Source: Synechococcus sp.
GTDB taxonomy: Bacteria > Cyanobacteriota > Cyanobacteriia > PCC-6307 > Cyanobiaceae
Assembly (NCBI GenBank): GCA_047284725.1
Contig: JBJBEO010000001.1
Coordinates: forward strand, 2,392,203 to 2,456,202
Direction of reading: 5' to 3'
Length of the DNA stretch: 64,000 nt
This document shows positions 34,166-46,169 of the stretch, in pieces. Each line of letters starts with the position of its first letter. Positions within the stretch are counted from its first letter, which is position 1. The position numbers and the translations under genes were made by a program. The notes beneath the pieces were generated by a model. The model ran no database searches and had not been told where the DNA came from. It saw nothing but the letters and a program-made list of their open reading frames with translations.

Positions 34166-35575
34166 ATGAGCGCCGCTTCGTTGAAGGTCAAGACCACCGC
34201 CCGCCCCGGCAGCCGGATGGCGGTTGAAGTGGCAGTGCCTGCGGAGCGCTGCAAAGAGAGCTACGAAGCAGCTGTGACGCGTCTGAGCCGCACCATCAAC
34301 CTCCCAGGCTTCCGTAAGGGCAAAGTGCCCAGGGCTGTGTTGATGCAACAGATCGGCCCCATGCGCATCCGTGCGACCGCTCTCGAATCGATGGTGGATG
34401 GCGTTTGGCGCGAAGCGATCGAACAGGAAAAGATCGAGGTCCTCGGCCAGCCAGACCTCGCCGATGGCTTCGACAAGCTGCTGGATGCATTCGATCCCGG
34501 CAAGGAGCTCACCCTGGTGCTGGAAACAGATGTGGCTCCGGTACCCAAGCTCAAGCTGACCAAAGGCCTGAAAGCGGAAGCCGAGAGCGTCAGCTACGAC
34601 CCCGCCAAGGTCGACGAGATGATCGAACAATCCCGTCGCCAGCTGGCCACCCTGGTGCCCGTGGAGAACCGTGCCGCCGCCAATGGCGATGTGGCCGTGG
34701 TGGGGTTCGCAGGCACCTACAGCGATGACGGCAGCGCCATCGAAGGCGGCAGCGCCGATTCCATGGAGGTTGAGCTGGAAGACGGCCGCATGATCCCCGG
34801 CTTCGTGGAAGGGGTCGTGGGAATGGCCATTGGGGAAGAGAAAACCGTTGAGTGCCAGTTCCCCGAGGACTACCCCAAAGAGGACGCCCGCGGACGCAAA
34901 GCCAGCTTTGTGATCAACCTCAAAGACCTCAAAACTCGCGAGCTGCCTGAACTCGACGACGCCTTCGCCAAGCAGGCAAGCGATAAGGACACAATGGCCG
35001 AACTACGCGCGGACCTGGAGGAGCGCCTCAAGGACGACGCCGAACGGCGCCAACAAAGCAACCGCCACGACGCCCTGATTGCAGCCCTGGTAGAGCAGCT
35101 CGAGGTGGAACTCCCCGAAAGCCTTGTGCAACAGGAAGTGCGCAACCTGGTGGAGCAAACAGCCGGTCAGTTCGCCCAGCAGGGCATGGACGTGAAATCC
35201 CTGTTCACACCTGATCTGGTGCGCAACCTGATGGAGTCGTCCCGCCCAGAAGCCGAAGAACGCCTGCGCCGCAGCCTGGCCCTCTCCGCCCTGGCCGAAG
35301 CCGAGGGCCTCGAAGTGGAAGACGGCGACATCGACGCGAAGGTGAAGGAGGTGAAGAAACAGCTCGCCGGTGAGCGTGATATCGATCCCCAGCGCCTGCG
35401 CGATGCCGTGATTGATGACCTCCTGCGCGACAAGCTTCTCGGCTGGCTGGAGGAGAACAGCACCGTGGCCGAAAAGGCTGCCGAATCTGACGAAGCCAAA
35501 GCGGAGAAGAAGCCTGCAGCAAAGAAAACCACCAAGGAGAAAGCTGAAAAGTCCAAGAAGGACGCCGAGGCCTGA
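34166..35575 (+). CDS. tig: Trigger factor
   Basis: PGFRKGKVP ribosome-binding motif, FKBP domain MIPGFVEG. Confidence 0.97.
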   Translation: MSAASLKVKTTARPGSRMAVEVAVPAERCKESYEAAVTRLSRTINLPGFRKGKVPRAVLMQQIGPMRIRATALESMVDGVWREAIEQEKIEVLGQPDLADGFDKLLDAFDPGKELTLVLETDVAPVPKLKLTKGLKAEAESVSYDPAKVDEMIEQSRRQLATLVPVENRAAANGDVAVVGFAGTYSDDGSAIEGGSADSMEVELEDGRMIPGFVEGVVGMAIGEEKTVECQFPEDYPKEDARGRKASFVINLKDLKTRELPELDDAFAKQASDKDTMAELRADLEERLKDDAERRQQSNRHDALIAALVEQLEVELPESLVQQEVRNLVEQTAGQFAQQGMDVKSLFTPDLVRNLMESSRPEAEERLRRSLALSALAEAEGLEVEDGDIDAKVKEVKKQLAGERDIDPQRLRDAVIDDLLRDKLLGWLEENSTVAEKAAESDEAKAEKKPAAKKTTKEKAEKSKKDAEA

Positions 35576-35621
35576 TCAGGCCCCATAGATTGCATGCACA
35601 TCAACCCTTTCTGTTCGCCGC

Positions 35622-36311
35622 GTGATCGACGCTCGCAGCTCACACCCGATCCAGAACCGCTGGACTGGCATCCGCCCCACAGCTGTGATGCCATCCGCGG
35701 CCCCGGGTGTGCTGCCCACGGTCGTGGAGCAGTCGGGCCGAGGCGAGCGGGCCTTCGATATCTATTCACGCCTGTTGCGTGAGCGGATCATTTTTCTGGG
35801 CACCGGCATCGACGATCAGGTGGCAGATGCCCTGGTGGCACAGCTTCTGTTCCTTGAAGCGGAAGATCCAGAAAAGGACATTCAGATTTATGTCAACTCT
35901 CCCGGCGGCTCGGTGACGGCGGGCCTGGCGATCTACGACACCATGCAGCAGGTGGCCCCTGATGTGGTCACAATCTGCTACGGCCTTGCGGCCTCCATGG
36001 GTGCCTTCCTCCTCTCCGGTGGCACCAAGGGGAAACGCCTCGCCCTTCCGAGCGCGCGGATCATGATCCACCAGCCCCTTGGCGGCGCCCAGGGCCAGGC
36101 GGTCGATATCGAGATCCAAGCCCAGGAGATCCTCTTCCTCAAGGACACCCTCAATGGGCTGATGGCCGAGCACACTGGCCAGCCCCTAGAAAAAATTGCT
36201 GAAGACACCGACCGCGACTACTTCCTTTCCCCGGCAGAAGCGGTTGAATACGGATTGATCGACCGGGTGGTGGACAGCCCTGCAGACGGAGGAATCGTTA
36301 CGGAAGGCTGA
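35622..36311 (+). CDS. clpP: Clp protease proteolytic subunit
   Basis: DIYSRLL, NSPGGSV, AASMG, MIHQP, DTDRD triad intact. Confidence 0.97.
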   Translation: MIDARSSHPIQNRWTGIRPTAVMPSAAPGVLPTVVEQSGRGERAFDIYSRLLRERIIFLGTGIDDQVADALVAQLLFLEAEDPEKDIQIYVNSPGGSVTAGLAIYDTMQQVAPDVVTICYGLAASMGAFLLSGGTKGKRLALPSARIMIHQPLGGAQGQAVDIEIQAQEILFLKDTLNGLMAEHTGQPLEKIAEDTDRDYFLSPAEAVEYGLIDRVVDSPADGGIVTEG

Positions 36312-36398
36312 CATCGCCTTGATCCGCGACGATCCTTGGAGTCGGGCCATCCCTTCACGTGAGGTCCGTTTCTGCCTGTTTGAACTAACGAGCGCCCG

Positions 36399-37757
36399 AT
36401 GGCCAAATTTGATGCCCATCTGAAGTGCTCCTTCTGCGGAAAGTCGCAGGAGCAGGTGCGCAAGCTGATCGCCGGCCCTGGCGTGTACATCTGCGATGAG
36501 TGCATCGATCTTTGCAACGAAATCCTTGACGAGGAACTGATCGACGCCCAGGGGAACCCGCGCCACGGTGCTGAGCCCGGACGCAAGCAGGCCTCCCAGG
36601 GCACACGGAAGAGCAGCAAGCCAGCGCCAACCCTGGCGAGCATTCCCAAACCACAGGAGATCAAAGCGTTCCTTGACCATCAGGTGGTGGGCCAGAACGC
36701 AGCCAAGAAGGTGCTCTCGGTGGCGGTTTACAACCACTACAAGCGACTTGCCTGGCAGGGAGATGGCCAAGGCGAAACGGAGCAGACCGCCACGCGGCTG
36801 CACAAGAGCAACATCCTGCTGATCGGGCCTACCGGCTGCGGCAAAACTCTCCTGGCCCAGACCCTGGCGGAAATGCTGGATGTACCGTTCGCCGTGGCCG
36901 ATGCCACGACCCTGACGGAGGCAGGCTACGTCGGCGAAGACGTGGAAAACATCCTGCTGCGACTCCTGCAGAAAGCCGACATGGATGTGGAGCAGGCCCA
37001 GCGCGGCATCATCTACATCGACGAAATCGACAAGATCGCCCGTAAGAGCGAAAATCCCTCCATCACCAGAGATGTCTCCGGTGAAGGGGTGCAGCAGGCG
37101 TTGCTGAAGATGCTCGAAGGCACCGTGGCCAACGTGCCGCCCCAGGGGGGACGCAAACATCCTTATCAAGATTGCATTCAGATCGACACCAGCCAGATCC
37201 TGTTCATCTGCGGCGGAGCATTTGTCGGTCTCGATGATGTTGTGCAGAAGCGCATGGGCCGCAATGCCATTGGCTTTGTGCCCAGCAGCGACGGCCGAGG
37301 ACGTCACAAGGCAAGCCGCGACCTGCAGGCCGCCCAGGTGCTGCGCCACTTGGAGCCGGACGATCTGGTGCGTTATGGCCTCATTCCGGAGTTCATCGGT
37401 CGCATGCCTGTGAGTGCCGTGCTTGAACCACTTGATGAGCTGGCGCTTCAATCCATCCTCACCGAGCCCCGTGATGCTCTGGTGAAACAGTTCCGCACCC
37501 TGTTGAGCATGGACAACGTCCAGCTCGATTTCGACAACGAGGCGGTGGAAGCGATTGCAAAAGAAGCCCACCGGCGCAAAACCGGTGCTCGGGCGCTGCG
37601 AGGCATCGTTGAGGAGCTGATGCTCGATCTGATGTACGACCTGCCTTCCCGTAAGAACGTGAAGACCTTCACGGTGACTCAGTCGATGGTGGAGGAACAC
37701 ACGGGCGGCAAGGTGCTGCCTCTGCCCGGAAGCGACCGCCAGCAGGAAACCGCTTGA
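36399..37757 (+). CDS. clpX: Clp protease ATP-binding subunit ClpX
   Basis: CSFCGK zinc finger, [19 protein letters not shown] loop. Confidence 0.99.
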   Translation: MAKFDAHLKCSFCGKSQEQVRKLIAGPGVYICDECIDLCNEILDEELIDAQGNPRHGAEPGRKQASQGTRKSSKPAPTLASIPKPQEIKAFLDHQVVGQNAAKKVLSVAVYNHYKRLAWQGDGQGETEQTATRLHKSNILLIGPTGCGKTLLAQTLAEMLDVPFAVADATTLTEAGYVGEDVENILLRLLQKADMDVEQAQRGIIYIDEIDKIARKSENPSITRDVSGEGVQQALLKMLEGTVANVPPQGGRKHPYQDCIQIDTSQILFICGGAFVGLDDVVQKRMGRNAIGFVPSSDGRGRHKASRDLQAAQVLRHLEPDDLVRYGLIPEFIGRMPVSAVLEPLDELALQSILTEPRDALVKQFRTLLSMDNVQLDFDNEAVEAIAKEAHRRKTGARALRGIVEELMLDLMYDLPSRKNVKTFTVTQSMVEEHTGGKVLPLPGSDRQQETA

Positions 37758-37761
37758 GGCC

Positions 37762-38400
37762 ATGGCCGCCGCCGACCATCTGCAGGTGCCTCGGCAGCAC
37801 GGCCTGTTTCTCCACCACGGCATTGACCTGGGTGACGGCACCGTCGCCCACTATCTGGAAGGCCGCGAAATCCTGCGCAGTTCTCTGGACGATTTCAGCC
37901 AGAGCCAACCGTTGAGCGTGGTGCCGCACACGGAGTGCTCCCCTCAGGGGGTAACCCTGCGGCGGGCGATGAGCCGCATCGGAGAACAGAACTACAACCT
38001 GCTCTTCAACAACTGCGAACACTTCGCCACCTGGTGCAAAACCGGGCGTCATCACAGCAACCAGGTGCAATCAGTAGTGGACAAAGCCCGCAGCTGGAGC
38101 AACCTGATGCCCTCAACCCTCATGGCCGGGCTGGAATTACTGGTGCAACGGGGGCTGCTCGACGACCACACCCGCCAGCTGGCTCGGGACGGCGTGGTGA
38201 AACTCGACCAGCTGCGCCTGAAACTACTTCGCAAACTCGACACCCTGCTGCAACAAGCCGGAGACAACAGCAATCAGCGCCTGCTGCTCAGCGGCCAGAG
38301 CCTGGCTGACCAACTAGCAGCAGTGGAAGAGCTAAAACACCAGATCGATGCACTGCTGGCACAGCCCCCTGTGCTGCCTCCAGCCCGCAAACCTGAGTAG
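37762..38400 (+). CDS. LRAT / NC-domain permuted papain-like protein
   Basis: HHGIDLGDGTVAHY, YNLLFNNCEHFATWCKTG. Confidence 0.88.
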   Translation: MAAADHLQVPRQHGLFLHHGIDLGDGTVAHYLEGREILRSSLDDFSQSQPLSVVPHTECSPQGVTLRRAMSRIGEQNYNLLFNNCEHFATWCKTGRHHSNQVQSVVDKARSWSNLMPSTLMAGLELLVQRGLLDDHTRQLARDGVVKLDQLRLKLLRKLDTLLQQAGDNSNQRLLLSGQSLADQLAAVEELKHQIDALLAQPPVLPPARKPE

Positions 38401-38423
38401 TCTCGCCGCATCACCCGGGTCGC

Positions 38424-40325
38424 ATGAGCCAGGCCTACCAGCCGCTGCATCACAAATACAGACCCCAACGCTTTGATCAGCTGGTGGGACAGGACGCGAT
38501 TGCGGCCACCCTGGCTCACGCACTGCGCAGCGACCGGATTGCACCGGCCTACCTGTTCAGTGGGCCCCGTGGAACCGGCAAGACCTCAAGCGCCCGCATC
38601 CTGGCTCGTTCGCTGAACTGCCTGAGCAGCGAGGGGCCCACGCCCGAACCCTGCGGCAGCTGCGAGCTCTGCACCACGATCGCCGCCGGCACGGCCCTGG
38701 ATGTGATCGAAATCGATGCCGCCTCCAACACCGGCGTCGACAACATCCGCGACCTGATCGAGCGCTCACGCTTTGCACCGGTGCAGGCGCGCTGGAAGGT
38801 GTATGTGGTGGACGAATGCCACATGCTCTCCACCGCAGCCTTCAACGCCCTGCTCAAAACCCTGGAGGAACCACCACCGCGGGTGGTGTTCGTGCTGGCC
38901 ACCACCGACCCCCAGCGGGTGCTGCCCACCATCCTCAGCCGCTGCCAGCGGTTTGATTTCCGCCGCATCCCCCTTGATGCCCTCGAGGCCCACCTCACCT
39001 GGATCGCGGAAGAGGAAACGATTCCGATCCAACCGGAAGCAGTGCACGTAGTGGCCCAACGGGCCCAGGGGGGCCTGCGCGATGCGGAGAGCCTGCTCGA
39101 TCAGCTCAGCCTTCTGCCGGCACCGATCGAAGCCGATGCGGTGTGGGATCTCCTCGGCGCGGTGCCGGAGCAAGACCTGATTGCATTGGCCGAAGCGTTG
39201 GCCAGCAGCGATCCCTTGCAGCTTGTGGAATCGAGCCGCAGCCTTCTCGATCGCGGCCGCGATCCAGGCGCTGTGCTGCAGGGACTAGCCGGCATCTTGC
39301 GGGATCTCGTGCTGATGGCAGCGGCCCCCGACCGGCCCGAGCTCACCAGTGTGTCGCCTCAGTTCCGCGATCAATTGCCGGCGCTGGCCCAACGCATCGG
39401 CCGCCAGCGTTTGCTGCAATGGCAGGTCCACCTGCGGGGCGGCGAACAGCAACTGCGCCTGAGCGTGCAACCCCGCCTCTGGCTGGAGGTGCTGCTGATG
39501 GGCTTGCTGGCAGAGACTGCACCAACGAATGCAGCTCCGCTTAAAACAGCAGCCGCACAAACCCCTTCCGCGCCGCCGGCCTCAACCGCAGTAGCGACCA
39601 CACCTGTGGCCTTGCCGGCGACGGTTTCAGACCTCACGCAGCCTCAGGCAACCGCTGAATCTCCTGCACAGCCCCCCCACCCCAAAACGACAACCACCAA
39701 CACAGCGACCGGCAGCTCCACCACTCCATCCTCCGAAGTCACGCTGCCCCTCACGAGCGGGGACTCTGCGGATGACAAAGCAGCGACCCCCAGCACCACC
39801 CTGCCTGAGCTGTGGCAGCAAATTCTCGGCAGCCTTGAACTGCCCTCCACCCGCATGCTGCTCTCCCAACAGGCCCAGTTAGTACGCCTGGATCCACATC
39901 GGGCCGTGGTGCAAGTCGCCGGTAACTGGATGGGCATGGTGCAGAGCCGCGCCACCCTGCTGGAACAAGCAATCGCCCGCGCCTGCGGCGGTCACCGCCA
40001 GCTTGTTCTGGAAAGCCACAACGGCACGATCACCCCAGCTTCATCAACATCCCCAACGCCATCCCAGAAGAGCGCTTCCAGTCACGAACCCGCTGAACCA
40101 GCAGCGATGCCCTCTCCAGCAGCACAAACAACAGCAGCTGCCATGCCACCCGTCCTGGCCACCCCAGGGCCAGCGATCAGGCCCGCAGAGGCGGTCTTCA
40201 CCCAACCAGCCCAAACCAAGTCGGTTCAAGCCTCCCAGCCAATGCCCTCGCCCATTGACGACAAGGTGAAACGGTTTACCGAGTTCTTCAATGGACAAGT
40301 GGTGGACCTGGATGTCTCCGACTGA
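38424..40325 (+). CDS. dnaX: DNA polymerase III subunit gamma/tau
   Basis: KYRPQRF, GPRGTGKTS, zinc module, EIDAAS, DECHML, SRC. Confidence 0.97.
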   Translation: MSQAYQPLHHKYRPQRFDQLVGQDAIAATLAHALRSDRIAPAYLFSGPRGTGKTSSARILARSLNCLSSEGPTPEPCGSCELCTTIAAGTALDVIEIDAASNTGVDNIRDLIERSRFAPVQARWKVYVVDECHMLSTAAFNALLKTLEEPPPRVVFVLATTDPQRVLPTILSRCQRFDFRRIPLDALEAHLTWIAEEETIPIQPEAVHVVAQRAQGGLRDAESLLDQLSLLPAPIEADAVWDLLGAVPEQDLIALAEALASSDPLQLVESSRSLLDRGRDPGAVLQGLAGILRDLVLMAAAPDRPELTSVSPQFRDQLPALAQRIGRQRLLQWQVHLRGGEQQLRLSVQPRLWLEVLLMGLLAETAPTNAAPLKTAAAQTPSAPPASTAVATTPVALPATVSDLTQPQATAESPAQPPHPKTTTTNTATGSSTTPSSEVTLPLTSGDSADDKAATPSTTLPELWQQILGSLELPSTRMLLSQQAQLVRLDPHRAVVQVAGNWMGMVQSRATLLEQAIARACGGHRQLVLESHNGTITPASSTSPTPSQKSASSHEPAEPAAMPSPAAQTTAAAMPPVLATPGPAIRPAEAVFTQPAQTKSVQASQPMPSPIDDKVKRFTEFFNGQVVDLDVSD

Positions 40326-40466
40326 CGTCAGAACCATCCAACAAAGCCCTGACTGTGCAGTCCCTCGAATTCCTCATCAAGCACATGTCATGGGCTGATT
40401 GGTGATCGAAATTCTTTTGGGACAATCCAATCGATGCACACGTGGGTTTCCTGTCGGGAGGGTTCT

Positions 40467-41786
40467 TCAACCCACTGGTTCACCCCGATGGCTGGTCTTG
40501 GCCCACACCAGTCGTTTCGGGAACAACGCCATCTTCAAAGTCACCCAAGGGATCACCACAAACCAGTGACCCAGATAAATAATCCCGAGCAACAGATTGA
40601 CAAATCCAGCCTGCGGCAAGTCAGGGCCCTCACTGGAGCGTCGACAACCTCGCCAATAGGCCAGACCAGAGACGCTGAAGGCCACGAATGAAAGCGGCCA
40701 GTACACCGGCATCGTCCGCAACACAAGGCTGGTGATCAGATCAGCAAACGACAGGAGCGGCAGCACGTACTGCAACAGGAAGAAACAGGCCAGATCAAGA
40801 CGTTGACCGCCTGTAAGCGCTCCTGACGCGAGCTTGGGCCAGTAATCAAAAAAGCGCTGCAACCCACCTTCAGCCCAGCGTTGACGCTGCTTCCACAGAG
40901 CCGAGAGGGACTCAACCGCTTCTTCCTGCACCGGAGGGTCCCAAAGCAATCCCACCGGAGCTCCTTCGGTCAGCAAGCGAAAACTGAGATCAAGGTCGTC
41001 GGTGACCGTGTCTTCGTTGAAACCACCACAGGCCTGCAAGCGACTGCGCTGCAGCAACTCACCGTTACCGCGCAGTTCCATCACGCCGGCACCCATAAGG
41101 CGACCCTGCTGCAGCAATGCATCCAGCGCCATTTCCATCGCCTGCACCCTGGTGAGCCAACCCTCGTGGGCATTGGTCACCGCCTTACGCAACTGCACAG
41201 CGGCCCAACGCCCACGAATCGCAAAGGGCAACAGCCGCTCGAGAACGTCGTTCTGCAACTGGGCATCGGCATCGAGCACCAACATCCACTCACCCTTGAG
41301 CTGCTGCAGGACGGTGTTGAGCGCCCCTGATTTTCCCCCACCAGCGCCACGCTTGCGATGAATCACCTGCAACTGAGGATGCTGCTGCTGCAGCTCATCA
41401 AGGAGCGGACCCGTACGGTCTTCGCTGCCGTCATCCACAACCCAGAGCGCTAGCCGCTCCTTGGGGTATCGCAACGCCATGAGGCGCGCCAGCAAGCGCG
41501 CCACGACCGCTTCTTCATCCCGAGCAGCCACAACCACATCCACAGCGGGTAGATCCACAGGGATATCTGCTTTCAAGGCCTCCTCCCCAGGTGCTGTCGC
41601 CAGATCGCGACTGCGCAGAACCGTTCGAAGGCCGTACCCCCCCAGCAGCAAAGCCAGTGTCACCGCCGGCATCAGGCTGCGCAGAGGGTCTAGCCAATGG
41701 GGGGCAGCACCGGCAGCACCACAAGCCACAAGGAACAGGGCTGACTTACCGCGTCGGTGATCTCCCGTCCCTGCGGCGTGTGCCAT
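40467..41786 (-). CDS. mgdA: GT2 glycosyltransferase, probable monoglucosyldiacylglycerol synthase
   Basis: DDGSED, DADA, TDD, QRQRW motifs, TM helices, LVWAKT end; specific name inferred. Confidence 0.75.
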   Translation of the reverse strand: MAHAAGTGDHRRGKSALFLVACGAAGAAPHWLDPLRSLMPAVTLALLLGGYGLRTVLRSRDLATAPGEEALKADIPVDLPAVDVVVAARDEEAVVARLLARLMALRYPKERLALWVVDDGSEDRTGPLLDELQQQHPQLQVIHRKRGAGGGKSGALNTVLQQLKGEWMLVLDADAQLQNDVLERLLPFAIRGRWAAVQLRKAVTNAHEGWLTRVQAMEMALDALLQQGRLMGAGVMELRGNGELLQRSRLQACGGFNEDTVTDDLDLSFRLLTEGAPVGLLWDPPVQEEAVESLSALWKQRQRWAEGGLQRFFDYWPKLASGALTGGQRLDLACFFLLQYVLPLLSFADLITSLVLRTMPVYWPLSFVAFSVSGLAYWRGCRRSSEGPDLPQAGFVNLLLGIIYLGHWFVVIPWVTLKMALFPKRLVWAKTSHRGEPVG

Positions 41787-41810
41787 CGACCATCCTGGAA
41801 TGTGGCGACT

Positions 41811-43391
41811 CTAAGGGGCCTTAATGGATGGAGACAGCGGTGCCAGGGAAGCGCCGGGGTAATAGTGCTGGAGGATCCGCTGCACAGGCCAACCACGGCG
41901 GGCCAAATCGATGGCACCAGCCTGGGACAAGCCGGCGCCATGGCCAAAGCCACCGCCCTGGAAGCGCCACACCCCTGCCCCAGCCGACTCAAGGCTGAAC
42001 AGGGTGCTTGGCAGACGACGCAACGTGCGGCGGATGGCATCCAACTGCAGGTCCACCGGAGCACCAGGGCCATTCCCACTGATGCGCAGGGTCAGAACCC
42101 TGCCACTTGGCCCTCGCTTCTCCACCGAGACATCGTCAACCTGACCGATCGAACGTCCTGCAAGAGCCTTCTGCAACTGAAAGGAGGTGTATGTGCGGCT
42201 CCAGCGGAACAATGGATGACCAGCGCCATAGGCCCCGCCGCCCCCCTGCACCAAGCGACGCACCTCCTGCGGATCCGTCAGGGGCATCACCACACTCTGC
42301 TGCCAGCCCTGATCGCCATCGGGCTTCGCTTTCAGATAGGACGCCGGCGCCATCGCCCAGGCTTCCGGCGCGGACGCCATCACGCCTCCATTGGATGCGT
42401 GGTAGACCGCGCTGATCGGTTGACCCTGCCACTGCAACACCTGACCAGCGGTGGCCTGGATCGCTTGGCGCACGGCAGGGCTGGCTTGACGGGGATCGCT
42501 GTACACCTGGCACTGGGTGTCGCTGCAGAGGTGGTAACCGTCAATGTCGAAGCGGTGGCTGTTGGCCAAAGCCCAGGTGCGGGCCAGGATTGCCTGGGCC
42601 TGAAGGGCCGCCGCGGGCGAGCCGGCCCCGATCTCATGGGGAACGACCCCTTCGAGGTAACGCTCCAGAGGCACCTGCTCCAGCAGCGTCCAACTGCCGT
42701 AAGCATCGGGCTGAAGCCGAAATGGGCCTTGCATCACCCCACCATTCCAACGCAACCCATCGGGAGCCTCGAGTTGGAGCGGTCCACGCAACACATGCTC
42801 CTTGCCACCGATCACCACCACGGGACGCACCGCGCTAGTGACCGTCTGGCGCCAGGGACGGCTGCTGACACCCTTCAGTGGCATAGCGGTCTCTGGTGCC
42901 CAAACCTCCCACTCACCCGGATGGGCCACTAAAGCTTTCACTCCTTGCTGTCGCCATCGCTGCGCCACCTGATCCGCTGATTCGAAGCTTGCGTAGGGCC
43001 CTGCCACCAGACGCGACACCTTCACCGGCTGCGCCAAAGGCACCAGCTGCCAACTGATGCTGATGGAGCCAGCTTCAACCAAAAGGGGGTCTCCAACGTC
43101 AGGATCGAGCGGCCGCAGCGTCAGAGGCACAACACCGGCACTGCGCAACAGCAAGGCAGAGGCAGGGCGTTCCCGACTCGTTCCCCGACCAAGGTGATCC
43201 TCCAAAGCCACCCACAACTGATCCGCGGAAACCGAGGGCGGTTGCGGAACCGCTCGGTGCGTAGGGATCTGAGGCAGCGCAGGAGTTGCCAGCTCAATCT
43301 CCTGAGCCCGGCAGCCCACAGTGATGACGGAGCACAACACAAGCGAGGGAGCCAACCACCCCAAACACAGGCCGTCATGGTTCCGCTTCAT
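41811..43391 (-). CDS. SpoIID/LytB domain protein
   Basis: [50 protein letters not shown]; start uncertain. Confidence 0.92.
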   Translation of the reverse strand: MKRNHDGLCLGWLAPSLVLCSVITVGCRAQEIELATPALPQIPTHRAVPQPPSVSADQLWVALEDHLGRGTSRERPASALLLRSAGVVPLTLRPLDPDVGDPLLVEAGSISISWQLVPLAQPVKVSRLVAGPYASFESADQVAQRWRQQGVKALVAHPGEWEVWAPETAMPLKGVSSRPWRQTVTSAVRPVVVIGGKEHVLRGPLQLEAPDGLRWNGGVMQGPFRLQPDAYGSWTLLEQVPLERYLEGVVPHEIGAGSPAAALQAQAILARTWALANSHRFDIDGYHLCSDTQCQVYSDPRQASPAVRQAIQATAGQVLQWQGQPISAVYHASNGGVMASAPEAWAMAPASYLKAKPDGDQGWQQSVVMPLTDPQEVRRLVQGGGGAYGAGHPLFRWSRTYTSFQLQKALAGRSIGQVDDVSVEKRGPSGRVLTLRISGNGPGAPVDLQLDAIRRTLRRLPSTLFSLESAGAGVWRFQGGGFGHGAGLSQAGAIDLARRGWPVQRILQHYYPGASLAPLSPSIKAP

Positions 43392-43449
43392 TGGCTCAGG
43401 GGAAGGTGAGGGCGTATTGTTGTCGTTCGTGCCACGCGCTGCCAGAGAC

Positions 43450-43647
43450 ATGCCCAAGCTCAAGACCCGCAAAGCAGCCGCGAAGCGGTTCAAGGCAACC
43501 GGCACTGGCAAATTCATGCGTCGTCGTGCCTTCCGCAATCACCTGCTCGATCACAAGAGCCCCAAGCTGAAGCGCCATCTGGGCACCAAGGCCGTCGTGG
43601 ACCGCACCGATGAGGATCGGGTGGCCCTGATGATGCCCTACGCCTGA
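43450..43647 (+). CDS. rpmI: 50S ribosomal protein L35
   Basis: [23 protein letters not shown]. Confidence 0.98.
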   Translation: MPKLKTRKAAAKRFKATGTGKFMRRRAFRNHLLDHKSPKLKRHLGTKAVVDRTDEDRVALMMPYA

Positions 43648-43709
43648 TCGAGTCTGGGCTCGCTCGTCGCCACTCGATTGATCTCTCCACTTATCTGATT
43701 TTCTGATTC

Positions 43710-44057
43710 ATGGCCCGCGTTAAAAGAGGCAATGTTGCCCGCAAGCGCCGCAACAAAATCCTGCGCCTTGCCCGTGGCTTCCGTGGCAGCAACGGCACCC
43801 TCTTCCGCACCGCCAACCAGCGGGTGATGAAGGCTCTGTGCAACGCCTATCGCGACCGTCGTCGTCGCAAACGGGACTTCCGTCGTCTCTGGATTGCTCG
43901 CATCAATGCCGCTGCCCGTCTGAACGGAATCAGCTACAGCCGTTTAATCGGCGGGCTGAAGAAGGCCGATGTGCGCCTGAATCGCAAGATGCTGGCCCAG
44001 CTGGCAGTGACCGATCCAGGTAGCTTTGCCAACGTGGTGACCGCAGCCAAAGGCTGA
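43710..44057 (+). CDS. rplT: 50S ribosomal protein L20
   Basis: [33 protein letters not shown]. Confidence 0.99.
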   Translation: MARVKRGNVARKRRNKILRLARGFRGSNGTLFRTANQRVMKALCNAYRDRRRRKRDFRRLWIARINAAARLNGISYSRLIGGLKKADVRLNRKMLAQLAVTDPGSFANVVTAAKG

Positions 44058-44090
44058 TCCTGCAACGTCTGACATGAGGCATTTCAACTG

Positions 44091-44660
44091 ATGGATCGCC
44101 TCTTGCCAGAGACCTATCTCTTGGGTCTGATCGGATTGCTGGCGATCGTGGCTGTTGTGGTCGGTCGCCAGCTTTTGCGTGTGCGCCGTGATGAGCTCAG
44201 TCTCATCGAAATGGAGCAGAGCGGAGCAGCATCCTCGAAGGATGCTGGCCAGCTCTATGAATTGGCATCGGTTCAACTACGAAAGCGGCTGTACCCCCAG
44301 GCCACTGCCAATTTGCGCCAAGCGCTCAAACGCATGTCAGGCGAACCTGATGAAGCCAAAGCTTTGGTCGAAAACGCTTTGGGGTTTGCCCTGGCCGCCC
44401 AGAAGGACTTTGATGGGGCGGTGAAGCATTATCGGGCGGCCATCAATGCCAAAGCCGACTATCCCGTCGCCCTTAATAACCTGGCGTTTGCCCGCGAACG
44501 CCTTCTCCAACCGGAAGAAGCCGCCGGTCTGTATCGCGAAGTGTTGAAGTTGGAGCCTTCGAACTCCACAGCCACGAAGCGCCTGAAACGGCTGGAACGC
44601 CAACTCAGCTCAGGCGCGCTGACGTCCTCACCAAAGCCCACGAATGGGAACGGATTCTAG
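44091..44660 (+). CDS. TPR protein with N-terminal TM (Ycf37/Pyg7-like PSI assembly factor)
   Basis: TM anchor then three TPR-like repeats (NALGFAL, YPVALNNLA). Confidence 0.75.
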   Translation: MDRLLPETYLLGLIGLLAIVAVVVGRQLLRVRRDELSLIEMEQSGAASSKDAGQLYELASVQLRKRLYPQATANLRQALKRMSGEPDEAKALVENALGFALAAQKDFDGAVKHYRAAINAKADYPVALNNLAFARERLLQPEEAAGLYREVLKLEPSNSTATKRLKRLERQLSSGALTSSPKPTNGNGF

Positions 44661-45164
44661 AACCTCAACTTCCGCAACGCATGGAAAAGGGGACAGTTGC
44701 AATCTGCCACCGCGGTGAGTCAAGCGAGGAGCTTGCCAACCTGAGAGGGAGAAACCCTGTAAACCCACGAAATCGCCACCGGACTCAAGATCGGCGGTCA
44801 AATCATTGGACAACGGAAGCAAATCAAGCTGATCAGACTTGGCATTGAAATTTCCTTGAACAGGGGTTGTGATTTCGCCAATGCGCATATCACCACGCAC
44901 ATCCAACATTTGCCCCATGGGCGTCACGCTCGCCAATGTCAGCAGGACATCTTCAGATGGACCACCGGTGAAAGAAAGATAGGTTCCGCACCATTGACGG
45001 GGGAGAGTCGCAGCCAGATCCTCAGCACGAAGCACCGGATCAAAGCTTTCCACAGCACCTTCCAACATCAAAGGTATTGATAGCTTGGAGCTATCGAACT
45101 GCATCTGACTTTCGAAGGGGATCGGACTTTGAATCGGCAGGTCCACAACGGGTGGAACAGGCAT
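44628..45164 (-). CDS. Hypothetical protein
   Basis: Only long ORF in the gap; no recognised motif. Confidence 0.6.
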   Translation of the reverse strand: MPVPPVVDLPIQSPIPFESQMQFDSSKLSIPLMLEGAVESFDPVLRAEDLAATLPRQWCGTYLSFTGGPSEDVLLTLASVTPMGQMLDVRGDMRIGEITTPVQGNFNAKSDQLDLLPLSNDLTADLESGGDFVGLQGFSLSGWQAPRLTHRGGRLQLSPFPCVAEVEVLESVPIRGLW

Positions 45165-45257
45165 GAGCAAACAAGGATGATCGACTCAAGGTAGGGCCAT
45201 TCCCTTGGTCGTGTTTATTTCTCCATCGGTTCTCACACCATTTCCTGCATCTTCAGC

Positions 45258-46094
45258 ATGTCCACGGATTCGTCTCCAGCCTCCAATGCCAGCAGTGTTG
45301 AATCGGATGCCCTACTGATCGCTGGGCGTCACTTCAACTGCCGCCTCTTCACCGGCACCGGCAAGTACCCCAGCTTGGCTGCCATGCAACAAAGCCTGGA
45401 GCGCTCCGGCTGCGACATGGTGACCGTGGCGGTGCGTCGGGTACAAACCGTGGCCGCAGGCCATGAAGGCCTGATGGAAGCGATCGACTGGTCGCGCATC
45501 TGGATGCTGCCCAACACCGCCGGGTGTGCCACAGCCGAAGAAGCGGTGAGAGTCGCCCGGCTGGGGAGGGAACTGGCAAAACTGGCTGGTCAGCACGACA
45601 ACACCTTCGTGAAATTGGAGGTGATTCCAGACAGCCGCCATCTGCTTCCGGATCCCATCGGCACCCTGGAGGCAGCGGAGCAACTGGTGAAGGAAGGCTT
45701 CACTGTTCTGCCGTACATCAATGCTGACCCACTGCTGGCGAAACGCCTGGAAGAGGTGGGCTGCGCCACGGTGATGCCCTTGGGCTCACCAATCGGGTCA
45801 GGCCAAGGATTGCGCAACGACGCCAATATTCGCCTCATCATTGAGAACTCCAAGGTGCCCGTGGTGATCGATGCTGGGATCGGCGTTCCCAGCGAAGCGG
45901 CCCAAGCCCTGGAGATGGGCGCCGCAGCCGTATTGGTCAACAGCGCCATCGCCATGGCCGGTGACCCCCCAGCCATGGCAGAAGCCATGGGTCTGGCCGT
46001 TCGGGCAGGCCGGCAAGCTCATCTGGCGGGCCGCCTACCGCTGCGCCAGGACGCCTCTCCCAGCTCACCGATTACCAATCGCGTGAACGGCTAA
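45258..46094 (+). CDS. thiG: Thiazole synthase
   Basis: [32 protein letters not shown]. Confidence 0.97.
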   Translation: MSTDSSPASNASSVESDALLIAGRHFNCRLFTGTGKYPSLAAMQQSLERSGCDMVTVAVRRVQTVAAGHEGLMEAIDWSRIWMLPNTAGCATAEEAVRVARLGRELAKLAGQHDNTFVKLEVIPDSRHLLPDPIGTLEAAEQLVKEGFTVLPYINADPLLAKRLEEVGCATVMPLGSPIGSGQGLRNDANIRLIIENSKVPVVIDAGIGVPSEAAQALEMGAAAVLVNSAIAMAGDPPAMAEAMGLAVRAGRQAHLAGRLPLRQDASPSSPITNRVNG

Positions 46095-46169
46095 GCCGTA
46101 AAGGAGCGTGGCGAAATCGCCCCAGAGCGCAGGGATGCCCATAAGGTCCGCTCCAGATGCATCAATTCC

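Noticed and set aside
35569..35582. Palindrome GGCCTGATCAGGCC at the tig stop codon
   Set aside because: No loop or U-tract; insufficient support for a terminator.
38424..40325. dnaX programmed frameshift or intein (also checked gyrB for an intein)
   Set aside because: No A-rich slippery site or intein motifs seen; extra dnaX length is a Pro/Ala/Thr linker.
45165..45257. TPP riboswitch or Yfr1-like element upstream of thiG
   Set aside because: No recognisable TPP aptamer core; CTCACAC is only a partial Yfr1 match with no flanking terminator.
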